Shown piece after piece: positions 48,023-60,352 of a stretch of DNA of 64,000 nucleotides (positions are counted from its first letter, which is position 1; each line of letters opens with the position of its first letter). The notes below the pieces were generated by a model. That model did no database searches. It saw only the letters and a program-made list of their open reading frames with translations, and was not told where the DNA came from. Source of the DNA: Felis catus (taxonomy: Eukaryota); assembly GCF_018350175.1 (NCBI RefSeq), contig NC_058372.1, positions 148,552,001 to 148,616,000 of the forward strand, in the 5' to 3' direction. The position numbers and the translations under genes were made by a program.

Positions 48023-49420
48023 AAGAAACCTGTGTTTTTGTTCATTTTCATCCTCACCACTGTTAACACACTGTTTATCTCTGGAAATGTTATTTTGTCT
48101 CTTCTGGATCATGTTCCATCTTCATACGGGGACAGGGTTGAACTCCTTCCCCTGTAAGGGCTCTTTATAGTCCTAAAACATGTGGCTGCTTCAAGTAACC
48201 TATGTGAGGCCGGCAGCGAGAGCACAGGTGTCTGGGAAGAACACCACACCCCCTCTTTAAAGAGCTTCACCAAGAAGTAAGTTACTTGAAAACGGAACAT
48301 TTACCAAAGCAAGCTTCTGCGGTCCCTGAAAGTCTAAGATCATTTTTCTACCCGGCAGAACCAGCCACCTTTGACCTGGTGGAAAGTACTCAGGGCTTTG
48401 CTCCCCCCTTGTCTAGCCATAAGATGCAGGGTAATTAGTTTGAGCTTAGTTAGCCAACAAGAGAAGACAATAACATAAAAGAGACAGAAGGACACCATCC
48501 CTCTACTCTGTCACTCTGAGCGGCCGAGATGCAGCAAGTCCCTCACCTGGCAGGAGGCAAACGAAGAGAGAGCCTACCAGCTGGCCAACGGCTGCCTGTC
48601 ATTGTTCAGACTCTCCTTCCTCAAAGACTCTGACGCCCTGACTCTAACACAGCAACCCCTTCAGGCGCAGGACTCCCCGGCCACCAGGTGGACCAGGTTA
48701 GCAAGGTGAGGTCTCTCTGAGACAGCACGCTGCCGGCTCCAGTCTGGAGCCGCGGTCTCGTCTACACCCCTCGCAGCCCACGGCCATTCAGACCAGTTGA
48801 CCGCCTCCGCCCCGGCCAGGCCCGGCGCGACCCTTCTTCGTCTCCATCAGAGCCTCTTTATCCTCCCAGTGGCTCTTAGAAAACCTCACTGTCTTCACAG
48901 CTCTCACCCCAGTCTGGGAGCCATCAGTGTCGTCAAAAAAATCCCCTTCCTCTTTCCACCCGCCTCCGACTCATCGCGGACGGTCGGGCCTCCGTCCCCA
49001 AGCATCGAGGAGGTGTCTCCTCTCACTGTCCTCCCGTCTGAGTTGAGGTCCTCGTCGTTGTCAGCTTAGACCACACGGAGGTCACCTAACACACCCCTTG
49101 CCCGACGCAGTCTTAGGAAATGATGTCTGACCACACCATACCCCAGCTTCACATGGTGCAACACTCCCAGAAGGACAAGGCTGACTGTGCACGGGGCACG
49201 GATGGCCCCGAGAGCTGGCTCTTGCTCACCTGTCTACCTTTACCCTCCTCCAGCTGCCCTGGGTCCCTTCCCCTCCAGCCACACCCATCACCTGAAGTTC
49301 CCGGCAAGTGCCAGCCTCTCCAGCCTCCCCACCCTCACCAACGCCCTCCCTGTGCCAGGATGTCCTGCCCGGAGGCACATTGTTTTCAATGACTTCATGA
49401 GACCTCATGAGACGTCTTTC

Positions 49421-49656
49421 TTTTTTTTTTTTCTTTTTTTTTTAATTTTTTTTTTCAACGTTTATTTATTTTTGGGACAGAGAGACAGAGCATGAACGGG
49501 GGAGGGGCAGAGAGAGAGGGAGACACAGAATCGGAAGCAGGCTCCAGGCTCTGAGCCATCAGCCCAGAGCCCGACGCGGGGCTCGAACTCACGGACCACG
49601 AGATCGTGACCTGGCTGAAGTCGGACGCTTAACCGACTGCGCCACCCAGGCGCCCC
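49421..49656 (-). mobile_element. Young Felis-type SINEC_Fc
   Basis: Near-consensus. Perfect TSD TCATGAGACGTCTTTC at 49405-49420 and 49657-49672. Confidence 0.97.
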
Positions 49657-50248
49657 TCATGAGACGTCTTTCAACGACATCATGAGATGTCACTCCTGTC
49701 CCCCATTAGGGACTGCGCACGTTGACCCATTTGTGAGGAGAAAAACGATCGAACCATGCTATCACCCTTGATTTTAGAATGGCAACTGATAAGCTGTGAC
49801 AGAAACAGTCCTGACTGACCGGAGGCTAAAAGCCTCGAGGAGACCGCTATAAGCGCGGTCAAGAAGGTAGAAGGATTGCCGAGCCAAGCCAAATGCAGCA
49901 TAAAAATGCCTCCCATTTCCTGTACGTGACAAGAACCAGGATGTAGCCCTTCGCCAAAGTTAAATTGGATGGGCTGGTGTTCATCCACTCACCCTCTGGG
50001 AGCAAGTAAGTTTTTTATAACAGATAAGCAGGACTGGCCAGTGCAATCGTATTGCAAGTCAGAGTTCCTTGGGCGTGTGCACAGCTCTATCGCTGGTCTA
50101 GCGGCTGCAGCCCCCTTGCTATCTGTTAACAGCTCGACACAAGGCTTATCTTACGTGGAGAACATATAAGCAGGTCATTGGAAGTTCTGAAATTGTTTCC
50201 CTCAGATTTGAGATAGTTCTCAACACAACTGAGGTCTGAAATGTTAGA

Positions 50249-50455
50249 GGAGTGCCTGGGTGACTCAGTTGGTTCAGCGTCCGACTTCGGCTCAGTTTAT
50301 GATCTGACGGCTTGTGGGTTCGAGCCCCGCGTCGGGCTCTGTGCTGACAGCTCGGAGCCTGGAGCCTGCTTCGGATTCTGTGTCTCCCTCTCTCTCTCTG
50401 CCCCTGCCCTGCTCATGCTCTGTCTCTCTCTCTATCTCAAAAATTAAAAAAAAGA
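50249..50455 (+). mobile_element. Can-SINE
   Basis: Flanking AAATGTTAGAG repeat; typical body. Confidence 0.94.
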
Positions 50456-51976
50456 AAATGTTAGAGATCGTGTTGCAAATCTAGAATTTTCCGTTGAGAA
50501 ATGCTATGATTTTGACTCAATATATAAAAGTACATACTGTTGCAACATGTAACTCATTTGTAATTGGATCTTTGATCAACGTTTTTTTCAACTCCTTATC
50601 CTGGTCACCATGGCCGTGTTAAAGCATAAATGTATACAATGAGTGTTGCAAAAGGATTATTATGGTATGCACAAACACATGTTCAACTTGACCAGAGATG
50701 GAAGCTGGGAAACTTCACACAACTGCCCATCTGAGGAAATTCTATACGCATCAAGTAAGGATGGCAAGAAACATCTTTAATTTCTTTCAAATATATCAAG
50801 GCGCCTTCAAGGAAAACCCCATTGCTCGTGTCTGCGAAGTGTCTTCTACGTCTTGAGGTGCGTTTATCTTAAATACATGCTGAAAATAGCTAACAAAATA
50901 TTTCCACCGCTTGAAGTTGTAAAAGGAAACGGTAGGGTTCGCAGAGTTCATAGGTGACAGAGACGGGAAACTTACAATGAGCAGGGGGACAGAAAAAAGA
51001 AAGGCTGACCAGAGAGTCCAGCGGGCTGCAGAGCAGGTTGGGGGCCCCGCCTCCTCACACTTCTCAAGGGCACATCAGTGGTCACTGGTAATGAAGAGCT
51101 TGAAGCTGGACACCAGCCACAGAAGCAAGGGCTCTCCTGCCATCCGTGTCTGGCCTCAGCCTAGCCCCCCACCATCCCTGCGTTTATCTGTTTGCTCCTA
51201 GAAAACACAGCGCCGTGGGGCCAGGCCCAGCGCCGCGCACCCTGGGGCACCGGGTGCCCGTCAGCAGCGCCCAGGCTCCTGGAGGAGATTCCCGGGCTGG
51301 CGAGGCAGGACGGCGGGAAGAGAATAACGCTTGTGGAGGTGTAAGCACGGGCGTGCTTTGGGCGGCGAAGGAGAAGTGCCCGGGCACAGTCACAGGTCAC
51401 AGATCACGGTCAAGCTGTGCTTGTGGAACGGGATGGAAACCCGTAAGAGAAGACATCTTGGAAGTGGTATTTCTAGCAGGACCTCAAAACATGGCGGGCA
51501 CCGGCCTACAGAGGAGCCAGTGGGGGGTGACTCTAGGCAAGGCTGAGAGAGAGAGAGAGAGAGAGCTCCCAGAGACTAAGAGGTGAGCAGTGGGCAGGCT
51601 AGGGAGGGTGCAGGGTAAGAACTAAGCAAAATATTCCAATGGATCAGATATTCCAGCAATCGATTGATGAGTCTTCAATTACTAACAGCGGTCTTTGTTC
51701 ATCAAACACTGTTATACTTTTAGTTTCCGTTTGCTATTTCTGTGCATGTCACTGGAGCCAAATACATACTAAGTGATGATTCTGGGGGCACCACAGAAAA
51801 GCCGAGGTGACACGGGGCCTTGTGACGGATACATAGGTCTATCCTAAGGCCACAGGTGGGCCTCAAAGGGGTTTAAGTGGGAAGGTGACAGCGTCGGACG
51901 TGTTTCATTTCCCCCGAGGTCCAGCACATGCCCCTCTCTCCTGTCCACGTCATCAGCTCAAGATGGCATGTTTCTA

Positions 51977-52180
51977 GGGGCGCCTGGGGGGCTCAGTCGA
52001 TTAAGCCTCGGACTCTCGGTTTCGGCTCAGGGCATGATCTCACGGTTCGTGAGTTCGAGCCCTGCATCGGGCTCTGCACTGACAGTGCTGAGCCTGCTTG
52101 GGAATCTGTCACTCCTTCTCTCTGCCCCTCCCCCACTCTCTCTCTCAAAATAAATAAACTTTAAAAAAAAAAATTAAAAA
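51977..52180 (+). mobile_element. Can-SINE (older subfamily)
   Basis: GGGGCGCCTGGGGGGCTCAGTCG head and AATAAA tail. Confidence 0.94.
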
Positions 52181-53232
52181 TCACACGTTTCTAGGGAGCA
52201 AACTGGGGATATGTTGTGGTCTCCCTGCCTTGCACCAAAGCCTGGGAAATGAGGAAACACCTTGTTAAAAATGATTTAATTATGGCTGCACTCAGAGGAA
52301 GAGACCGTGAGGACCCCTGAGAGGCAGAGCCAGTGCGTTAAGAAGGAGGCAGCAGGGCTGCGGATGGCGGGGCAGGGCGGGCGGGGACCCAGGCCAGAGT
52401 GCAGCCCAGGAGCAGGAGGGCCAGTGATGCAGGGAGGCAGAGGGCAGGGCCGAACCACAGAACCCACCTGCCCCTTCTGCCCCAGTCCACCTACTGCCCC
52501 ATGCAGAGATACAGGTCTCCCTGGCTCCTTGCAGGCAGAAGGGGCCACCTCGGGAAGAGTGCTGTCCAGCAGCAGGAGGGGAACTCGACGTGCGCCAGTC
52601 CAGCCCGTAGGGACCCGGTGTGGCTGCTCTAGGCTTTCCTTTCTTTGCTGCCGAGGCCTTAGCCCTGAGGCGCTTTATTGTCAGGCTGCTTATTAGAGCG
52701 TCGGAGCCTTCTGCGCTGATAGATGAGAGCAGGGGAGCACCCGGGCCGGCATCGCCCTCGCCCCCAAGGCCCCCATGGCAGGAACCTCGAACGGTCAAGT
52801 CCATCTGAGAGTCTCCAGCACGGCTGTGCTCTGGGTGCTCAGCGCCGCTCGGGGTAGAAGGCCAGCGGCGGGGACTCCCAGCCGGCCAGCGGATGCCATC
52901 CACCCAGGACCGGCGACATAATCCGCGGGGTCGCCAGGAGTCTCAACCACAAAGATACACTCCCAGGCAAGACTCTCCGCTCGCCTGAGGCGCGGTACCA
53001 TCGTGACACGAGGCAAAGAGAAGACTTCGCTGGAGGAAAATGGAGACACCAGTGCCACTATCCCAGATCCTGAAATGAGTCGTGAAGCCACTGAGAGATG
53101 AATCGCACAGGAGAAGCTTAGTGAATCTCTCCCCCGAGGACTCATACGTGGAGAGCAAGCCGGTTTGCGCCTCGCGCTCACCCAGGGCCATACCCCCTTA
53201 TAGAAAGCCATGAACTCAAACAGGTGGCTTAG

Positions 53233-53665
53233 GGTGGTCTACGGATTCATGGCCCCAAAGATGTCCTCGTCCTCATCCTCGGGACCGGGAGTGGGGAAGC
53301 TCCCATGGCAAAGGGGACTCGGCAGTGTGATCATGGACGCGGAGGGGGACTTGAGATGGGGAGAGTAAATGGAATTATCTAGGTAGGCCAGGCCAATTTA
53401 ATCCCCCGAATCCTTAACAGCTGTGCTGAGAAAGGCAGACGGAGAAGGGGCCAGAGGCCACGGACGCAGGCACCTCCAGAAGTTGGGCAAAGCAGGGGTG
53501 GGTTTCTCGAGAGGAGAATCTAGAAGGAACAGACAGCCTTGCTGACCCCTTGACTGTAGCCCCGTGAGACTGTGTTGGACCTCTGACCTCCAGAACTGTG
53601 AGACGGTCAATGTGTGTTGCTTTAAGCCACTAAATTTGTTACAGCAGCAGCAAGAAACTAATACA
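53233..53665 (+). mobile_element. MLT1 (MaLR) solo LTR, MLT1D-like
   Basis: ATGGCCCCAAAGATGTCC start and CTCTGACCTCCAGAACTGTGAGA...TTTAAGCCACTAAATTTGTTACAGCAGCAGCAAGAAACTAATACA end. 5-bp TSD CTTAG at 53228-53232 and 53666-53670. Confidence 0.92.
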
Positions 53666-54069
53666 CTTAGGTCGGCAATAACCAAAGATGTGGAAATTAC
53701 GTGTCTTCCAAAACACCCGTTATGTTAGCCTGTGTCTGTGGTAGTATTGGGGGTGGGGTGTGTCTCAGGCGCCTAACATAAGGCACTAGCAAAGAAAGAT
53801 CCAGAAGGTATAAGAATTGAGTCCACCCCCAAACATTCTCAAAGAGATACAATGACCTCTTTGGCAAAATATGAAAGGGCACGAAGGTCCTTGGTGACTT
53901 TCAGCATCTTCTCTCGTTTGGGTTTTAAGGCAGCCATAGGTGCATTTAGCGGGTGTTCGTAGAAGGGGAAGTCACGCCTCACCGGACGCTCTTGCCACAG
54001 GTGGCAGTTTGAAGGGGACACGTAGGAGAAATACCCTTTCTAAGAGATACTTATGTTTGCTCTCAGTAT

Positions 54070-54520
54070 GTTAAACATTCGTGACACAAAAGAGACCACG
54101 TTAGGCATCTTTAAGTCTACAATTCAGTGGCATCTTTCGCATTCACGGTGCCGTGAAGCCTTCACCACTGTCCGGTCCCAGAACTTTTCCACTCATCCCA
54201 AACACAGACTCTGTCCTCACCAAACACCCCCCAATCCCTTCCTGGGCTCCCACCCTCCACTTCCTGTCTCTGTGGATTTGATGACTCCAGAGACCTCATC
54301 TAAGAGGAAGCACACGGTCTTCGTCCACTGTATCTGGCTTACGGCACTTGGCACGACGCCCTCAAGTTTCATCCAAGCTGTAGCTCGGGCCAGAACCCCA
54401 TTCCTTTTTATGGCTGAATAATATTCCCTTGCGTGGATCAACGTTTGTTCATCCACTCAGCAGCTGATGGGCATTTGGGTTGTACCCACCTTTTTGGCTA
54501 TTGTGAGCAACGCTGTCCAA
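54070..54520 (-). mobile_element. L1MB-like 3' fragment
   Basis: ORF 54217..54456 (EYYSAIKRNGVLARATAWMKLE..SQ) matches the L1 ORF2 C-terminus; 3' UTR follows. Confidence 0.85.
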
Positions 54521-55229
54521 ACCTCAGACATTCCCGGTTTTCATTCTCGGCACACTTCCTGTTTATCAGCGATGAGAAGACTGTTAAAAAGGGGGTTTCT
54601 CAGACTCTACCAGCGGGGGTGCTCTTAACTGCAGTCCGGCTGGGAAGTGCCATGCCACCAGGACTTTAGGGACAAGGTATCAATCACATCAAGTGGGTGA
54701 GAGCAGAAAGGTCGGAATTTACAGCTGGGGGCTGAACCCAGCCTGCCAAGTTCAAGCCTATCCTATAGGATGAATTTGGTGGCACATTTAGGCAGGAGTA
54801 AAATGGCCCAAATTACTGTGTTCTGGAGAGTGTGGACAAGCCCTCTGGTCTGCAAATCCAGATGTTTACAGACAGCAGTTTTATTTAGTTCTGATAGAGA
54901 AACAGCATTTCATTTAGGCCACAAAGCTGCGTCCGGCCCACACCCCTCTTCCAGGCTGTCTGATTGCCCACCGTCCCGCACAGCCAAGGCACCCAATAGC
55001 ACCGCTCCGGGCTTCTCCAGCACACGGGGACCCAGGCCCAGAACTTTCCAAGAGGAAACACACGTGGACGCGGGCGCAGGGCCCTGGATCAGACATGCAC
55101 ACTCACAGCACATCACCACTAATCTTCTTCCTGCCCTGATGACTTTTTTAACAGAAAAATAACACTGACTCGAGTAGATTCTCAGGCCACGAACAATAGG
55201 CACTTGCTGGAGAGGTGGCTGGGTAGGAG

Positions 55230-56620
55230 GTCTGGGGGGCAACGTGGGTCTGCAGGGGGTTCCAGTGATGGCGTCTGGGGGGAGGGGGCGGGCTTGCGCA
55301 TCAAGATCTGTGGCCTGGAAAACGCGGCCGCTCCCCGCCCGCAGCCCAGGAACTGGGGTATGCCTCCCCCTCCATCCCATTCCGGATCCTCTCCAGCTGT
55401 CCCAGGCAGGAGTTGCTGGGGATGCTGGGGGATCGGCAGGGTCCTGCAAGGCTAGCACAAGGGACCCAGAGCTGTGCCAGGGTGGGGGGTGCGGCAGAGG
55501 AGGGTGTGGCGGCTGTGGGGAGACAGAAGGGACAGGCCAGGGGGGCAGTGGCGCAGGGGGGAGCGGGGAGTGCGGCGGTGGTGGGGGTGTAGGGGGAGCT
55601 GGGGGAGGGGGAGGCGCGGCGGCAGCAGCAGCAGCGGGGGCGGCAGGGCAGCAGCTAGGCCCAGGGAAGGCCGGCCCTCGCGCTCCCCTCGCGGGCCCCC
55701 TGCCCCCCTCCCCCCCCCCCCGCACCCCCGCCCGAGGCTGCTGGCGTCAGAGCCGCCTGCGTCAATGCCTCGGTGACACACACAGCTTTTTTTTCTCCTG
55801 CTCCTTTTTCTCAATGAGAGGAGCCTAATGGGATTTTTATTATCAGACCCATAAATCACGCTGCGGAGCCGTCACGCCGGGCACGTGCCCAGCAACCCCA
55901 CCCCCACCCCCGCAGCAAGCGAGGGGGTGGGGCAGGCCGCCGTCCCTCCGGTCCCCTCCTCCCCCCCCCCCCCCCCCCCCCGCAACGCTTTAACCCAACC
56001 CCCCGGCTCCCAGCGCGGTGCGCGCAGGTGGACCCTGGGCAGCCGGCCCTGAGCTCCGCGCCCGCCAGAGCCCGGGCGGTCCGGCCAGCGCCGCGCTCAC
56101 AAGGGCAGAGGGGGAGACCGGGAGGGGCGACGGGCTGGCCAGGGGGCACGGCCCACGTTCAAGCTGCTGCTGCGACACGAGCGGGCCCGACGTCGTGTTG
56201 GTGGGGGGTGTTGGTGCATAGCGGCATTAGCTGCAGCTTCGCCCCCCCCCCCGGGTTTTTGTGGGGGTGCGTGACGGACACAAAGCAGAGCAACGGCTAT
56301 GAATGCAAATCAAGGAGCAAATGCGTCAGCAGCAGAAGGCGTCTGGGGTGGCAGGAGGCCTGCAGTCCTGATGCCCAGGGCGCCGGCAGGCTTCTACCAC
56401 GATAAGCAGCGCCTGTCCCCAAACAGTCCAGCCCGCTCGTGCTTCTCGGTGCTGGGGGGTGGGAGGCCCAGGTTGACTCCCGGAGGGGGGTGGGGCAGGG
56501 AATGTCACGGGGGGTCTCCGTCCTTACTCTTGTCAGAGGTCCCAACACTGGTGATGGCCCAGCCGTTTCACAGGGAGGCCCAGGGATCAAGCCGTGGGGT
56601 AGGGGTCCCGGGGAGGGAGT
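55230..56620. promoter_or_regulatory. CpG island with AT-rich motif core, candidate upstream promoter or enhancer
   Basis: GC/CpG dense. CGTCA half-CREs at 55745, 55760 and 55870; TGATTTATGG (minus strand) at 55849-55858. Confidence 0.75.
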
Positions 56621-57731
56621 CCCGGCTCCTGGGAGTGGACAGACCCCTCCCACCTCTCTGAAGCCACCTACTAGGAACAGCCACGCCAAGTTCTCCCCAA
56701 CAGGTGCTCGGGGGCAACTCTGAACCCTGGGGTCAGGGGCTTCCCTGATGGAGCTGCACCGCGTCCGGTAACTTCTCCAGGCAGCCTCTTTGGGCTCACG
56801 CGGACATCTCCCAGAGCCCAGCTCCATCAACTAAAAGTGGGTGCCCAGAGCACAGTGCCTTCGGAGGAAAGTAGCTACAAAGACCGTGACCTCATTTGGG
56901 GTAAATTCATAATGATTTTAAGTCCCCTTTTCCCCTGTGGTCTCCGTTGCTCCGAATTTCTTCGATGGCCATAAATATCACCCGGGAGCAGAGGGGGTTG
57001 TGTCTGTTCGTTCCAATTCCACACCTTTCTCTTCTCCGCCTCTGCTGGAGCCAGAGACCCAGGCTGCACACTGCCACAGAAGAGCGGGCTGTCTGCCTGC
57101 CTGAACCGCTGTGTTCAGGTAGCCGGTTGCACCCACACCATCTAGATCTGGCTGCGTTTTTACAGCAGACAAGCTCTCTGCTTGTGGGTGAGCTTCCTCC
57201 AAAGGAGTTAATAAATTGACTATGGCCAGCTAAGGGAGGCGAGTGATATATTTAAGGAGTGATCACATCAACTGCTGAATTCCTCACATTTCTTTCACTC
57301 CAGCAAGGATAGAGAGAATGAAAACAGGGAAGGAGCAAGGCCTGAAGAGAGGGCTCAGGAGGGTGGAAGGAGGGAGACGTGGAAAAGATAAATGAACGCT
57401 TACAGCCTGGCCTGTTTGCGTCATTAGGATTGTAACCCATGGATGTGCAGGATGACGTCTTTTATACTAACTGTGGCACCCAGCAGTTTTGGGGTGTACA
57501 ACAACAACAAAAGAAATGGGCGTGAGGGCATTGTAGCCTTAGGACAGAATTGCAAATAGAACCTCAGTCATCTGTGTCTAAGCCCATATTTTGCTCTGGA
57601 AGGTAACCGTGGTCTGCAGCCTGGGGGCGACAGATGAAACCTGTATTAACACGGTGACGGATAGACTTCAGTGGAAGATCCCACTTATTGCACAAACAAG
57701 CCAAAATTGGTCCTATTGCAAAACGATTTTT

Positions 57732-57949
57732 TTTTAATTTTTTTTTCAACGTTTATTTATTTTTGGGACAGAGAGAGACAGAGCATGAACGGGGGAGGGG
57801 CAGAGAGAGAGGGAGACACAGAACCGGAAACAGGCTCCAGGCTCTGAGCCATCAGCCCAGAGCCCGACGCAGGGCTCGAACTCACGGACCGCGAGATCGT
57901 GACCTGGCTGAAGTCGGACGCTTAACCGACTGCGCCACCCAGGCGCCCC
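57732..57949 (-). mobile_element. Young Felis-type SINEC_Fc
   Basis: Near-consensus. Perfect TSD GCAAAACGATTTTT at 57718-57731 and 57950-57963. Confidence 0.97.
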
Positions 57950-58099
57950 GCAAAACGATTTTTATACAAAACTGGGCAGACGCAGTGAATGCTATCAGAT
58001 AATTATTAGCTCACTTTTTTTTTTTTTTTTTTTTTGCATCCAAAGCAGAGAAACGATAGACTTTGCAAATATGTAAAGATACGGATGTCAGTGCCGAGA

Positions 58100-58920
58100 A
58101 AGGGGATCAGGACTCCTTTGCAGAGGAGGAAATGGGCGCGAGAAGGACGGAGGAGTGGGTCCCGCACTGACTTTCACCAAGGGCGGGATGCGGGGGGAGG
58201 GGCCTGCCACCGGCTGGCTCCGCCCCTGCGGCTCCCGAGTGCGTCCCGGGTGCGGGTGCCGCACGGATCCCTGCCGGGGAGGCGCCCACACACCCTGACC
58301 CGGGAACCAGCCCCGCCCGCCCACCTGCTGGAAAGACCCACCGAGTCGGCGCACAGCTTGCAGTGCCCCCCCCCCGCCCCCACGCCGGCAGACACGGAGG
58401 TGGGGGCGGGGGAGGGCGCGGGGAGGGGCGCAGGAAACCACCGACCTCCTCTGTAGCCCTGCCCACGGGCAAGGGAAACCCCCAAATGGGGACTGTCTTG
58501 TGTACGTCCTCCAGTGACAAGTTGAACGTGTCATCTCCTATCCTTTCCCTGCAGGGGGACTGTACTGCGCGCGCGCGCGCGTGTGTGTGTGTGCGCGTGT
58601 GTGCGCGCGCGCGCGCCCTCTGAGCATACACGCTCACAAAACATACAGTAACCCTGCAGAAGGACTGAGTCTGGGAAACATGCACTGCCTATAAGCGATA
58701 GTCTTCAACGCATATGTCTCCAGCTATTTGGGCACCCAGCACCCGCCTCCGTTGTCACCACGCTCCCCAGCGTGTGCAGGGAGGGAACCCGGGAGCCAAA
58801 GATGTGACCTGTGCCCGAGGACGTCAGCTGTAGCCCCTCTGACGTCCTCGCCTCGGGCTTTGTTCCGCTGCGATCCCGCAAACCCGCTGCGGTGTCGCAC
58901 GCGCGCACCGCTAGTGGGGG
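58100..58920. promoter_or_regulatory. Small CpG island
   Basis: CpG-dense with GC boxes; contains a (GC)n(GT)n tract at 58566-58616. Confidence 0.55.
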
Positions 58921-59263
58921 GAAATCCTTGACCTTGGCGTGGCTCTAGCTGGAGAGTCTTGATACATTTTAATTTTACTGGTTGAAAGGAACGGCTAGGA
59001 GGAGGAAAGAAAGGGCAACGGACACATTAAAGGAGTTTAGGATTGTGTTTACAAAATGTCCTTGTTGTTTTTCCATATGAACGGTTGGCACAGTAAACCA
59101 GAGAGAGCGAGCTCAGGGCGCAAGATGCTTCCGCTGAAAGGAGAGTCCACCGAGTTCTCTGGAACTGTGCCAGTATTTCTTCGCTAGGACTCACAAGTCC
59201 CTTCATGGTACTGCTTCTCTTCTTTTTGTTTATCCTTGTTCAAAATGCCAAAGAGGGAAAAAT

Positions 59264-59500
59264 AGGGCCGCCTGGGCGCTCAGTCGGTTAGGCATCTGCC
59301 TTCGGCTCAGGTCATGATCTCGCGGTCTGTGAGTTCGAGCCTGGCGTCGGGCTCTGTGCGGCCAGGCTCTGGAGCCTGCTTGGGATGCTGTGTCTCCCTC
59401 TCTCTGCCCCTCCCCCACTTGGGTACTTTCTCTCTCTCTCTCTCTCTTTCAAAAATAAGTATGTTTACCAGATAAAAAATTAAATGTTAAGAAAAAATAA
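59264..59500 (+). mobile_element. Can-SINE (diverged)
   Basis: GCCTGGGCGCTCAGTCGGTTAGGC head, B-box, (CT)n. Confidence 0.9.
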
Positions 59501-59950
59501 CTTTAAATGTGATATCAATCTTTGCATTTGTCCCCCCTCTCAATCGCCTTCACGGGGCTTCACGACTGGTTTCTAAAGTATCTCGTGGTGAAATGGTAAG
59601 GGCGGCTCTGATGTGAGCGCAGCAGTAGTCATGGATGAGCCGGGCCTTATACTTGCATGGTTCTTACCAGTTGCAAGGGGACAGAGTGGGGACCCCGAGG
59701 TGCTGGGGCAAGCTGCCCCGGGGGTGTCTCTGCAAGGACACACGACGGGATTCTGGAAGCAGTCATAAATTCTACTCTGAGAACTGGTCATTGGGCTCAG
59801 GGGCCCCAAGTTTCCTGCTCTTGAATGACAAGGGAGGCAGACGTTTCCTGGAACCTCAAGGAGGTGGAGACAGGAAGCTGGGGGAATCACTCTGCCACAA
59901 GAGAGTCAAGGTGTTTGGGTTCTGTCTCGGGAACCGTGAACAGACGGCAG

Positions 59951-60352
59951 TGAATGAACACCATTAGGACTGCTGTAATGGAGTCCCAGGAACTAGATGG
60001 CTAGAAATTTATCGCGTCACAGCCCTGGAGGCTGGACGTCAGGAGTCAAGGTGAGGGCAGGGCCGCACGCCCTCTGAGACTGGGTTCCTCCAGTTTCTGG
60101 TGCCAGCTGTGGATCCCTGGGGTTCCTTGGCCTCCTGCTGCATCGCTCTGCTCTTTGCCTCTGCCGTCACATGGCCTTCTCTGTGTGTCCTCTGCTTTTT
60201 TTCTAAGGACTTCGGTCATATTGCATTGGGACCCACCCAAATGACCTCATCTTAACTTGATGCATCTGCAAAGACCCGATTTCCAAATAAGATCATGTTC
60301 ACTGATGCCAGGGGTCGGGGCTGCCTCAGAGCACACAGTTTGAGCCTTAGCA
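59951..60352 (-). mobile_element. MLT1 (MaLR) solo LTR, MLT1B/C-like
   Basis: AAATTTATCGCGTCACAGCCCTGGAGGCTGGACGTCAGGAGTCAAGGTG and ATGACCTCATCTTAACTTGA..ATCTGCAAAGACCCGATTTCCAAATAAG are antisense MLT1 motifs. Confidence 0.88.

Noticed and set aside
54910-55828. Poly-Ala/Pro ORF (271 aa) and Gly-rich ORF (194 aa)
   Set aside because: Low-complexity GC sequence, non-ATG starts and no recognisable domain. A coding first exon is not fully excluded.
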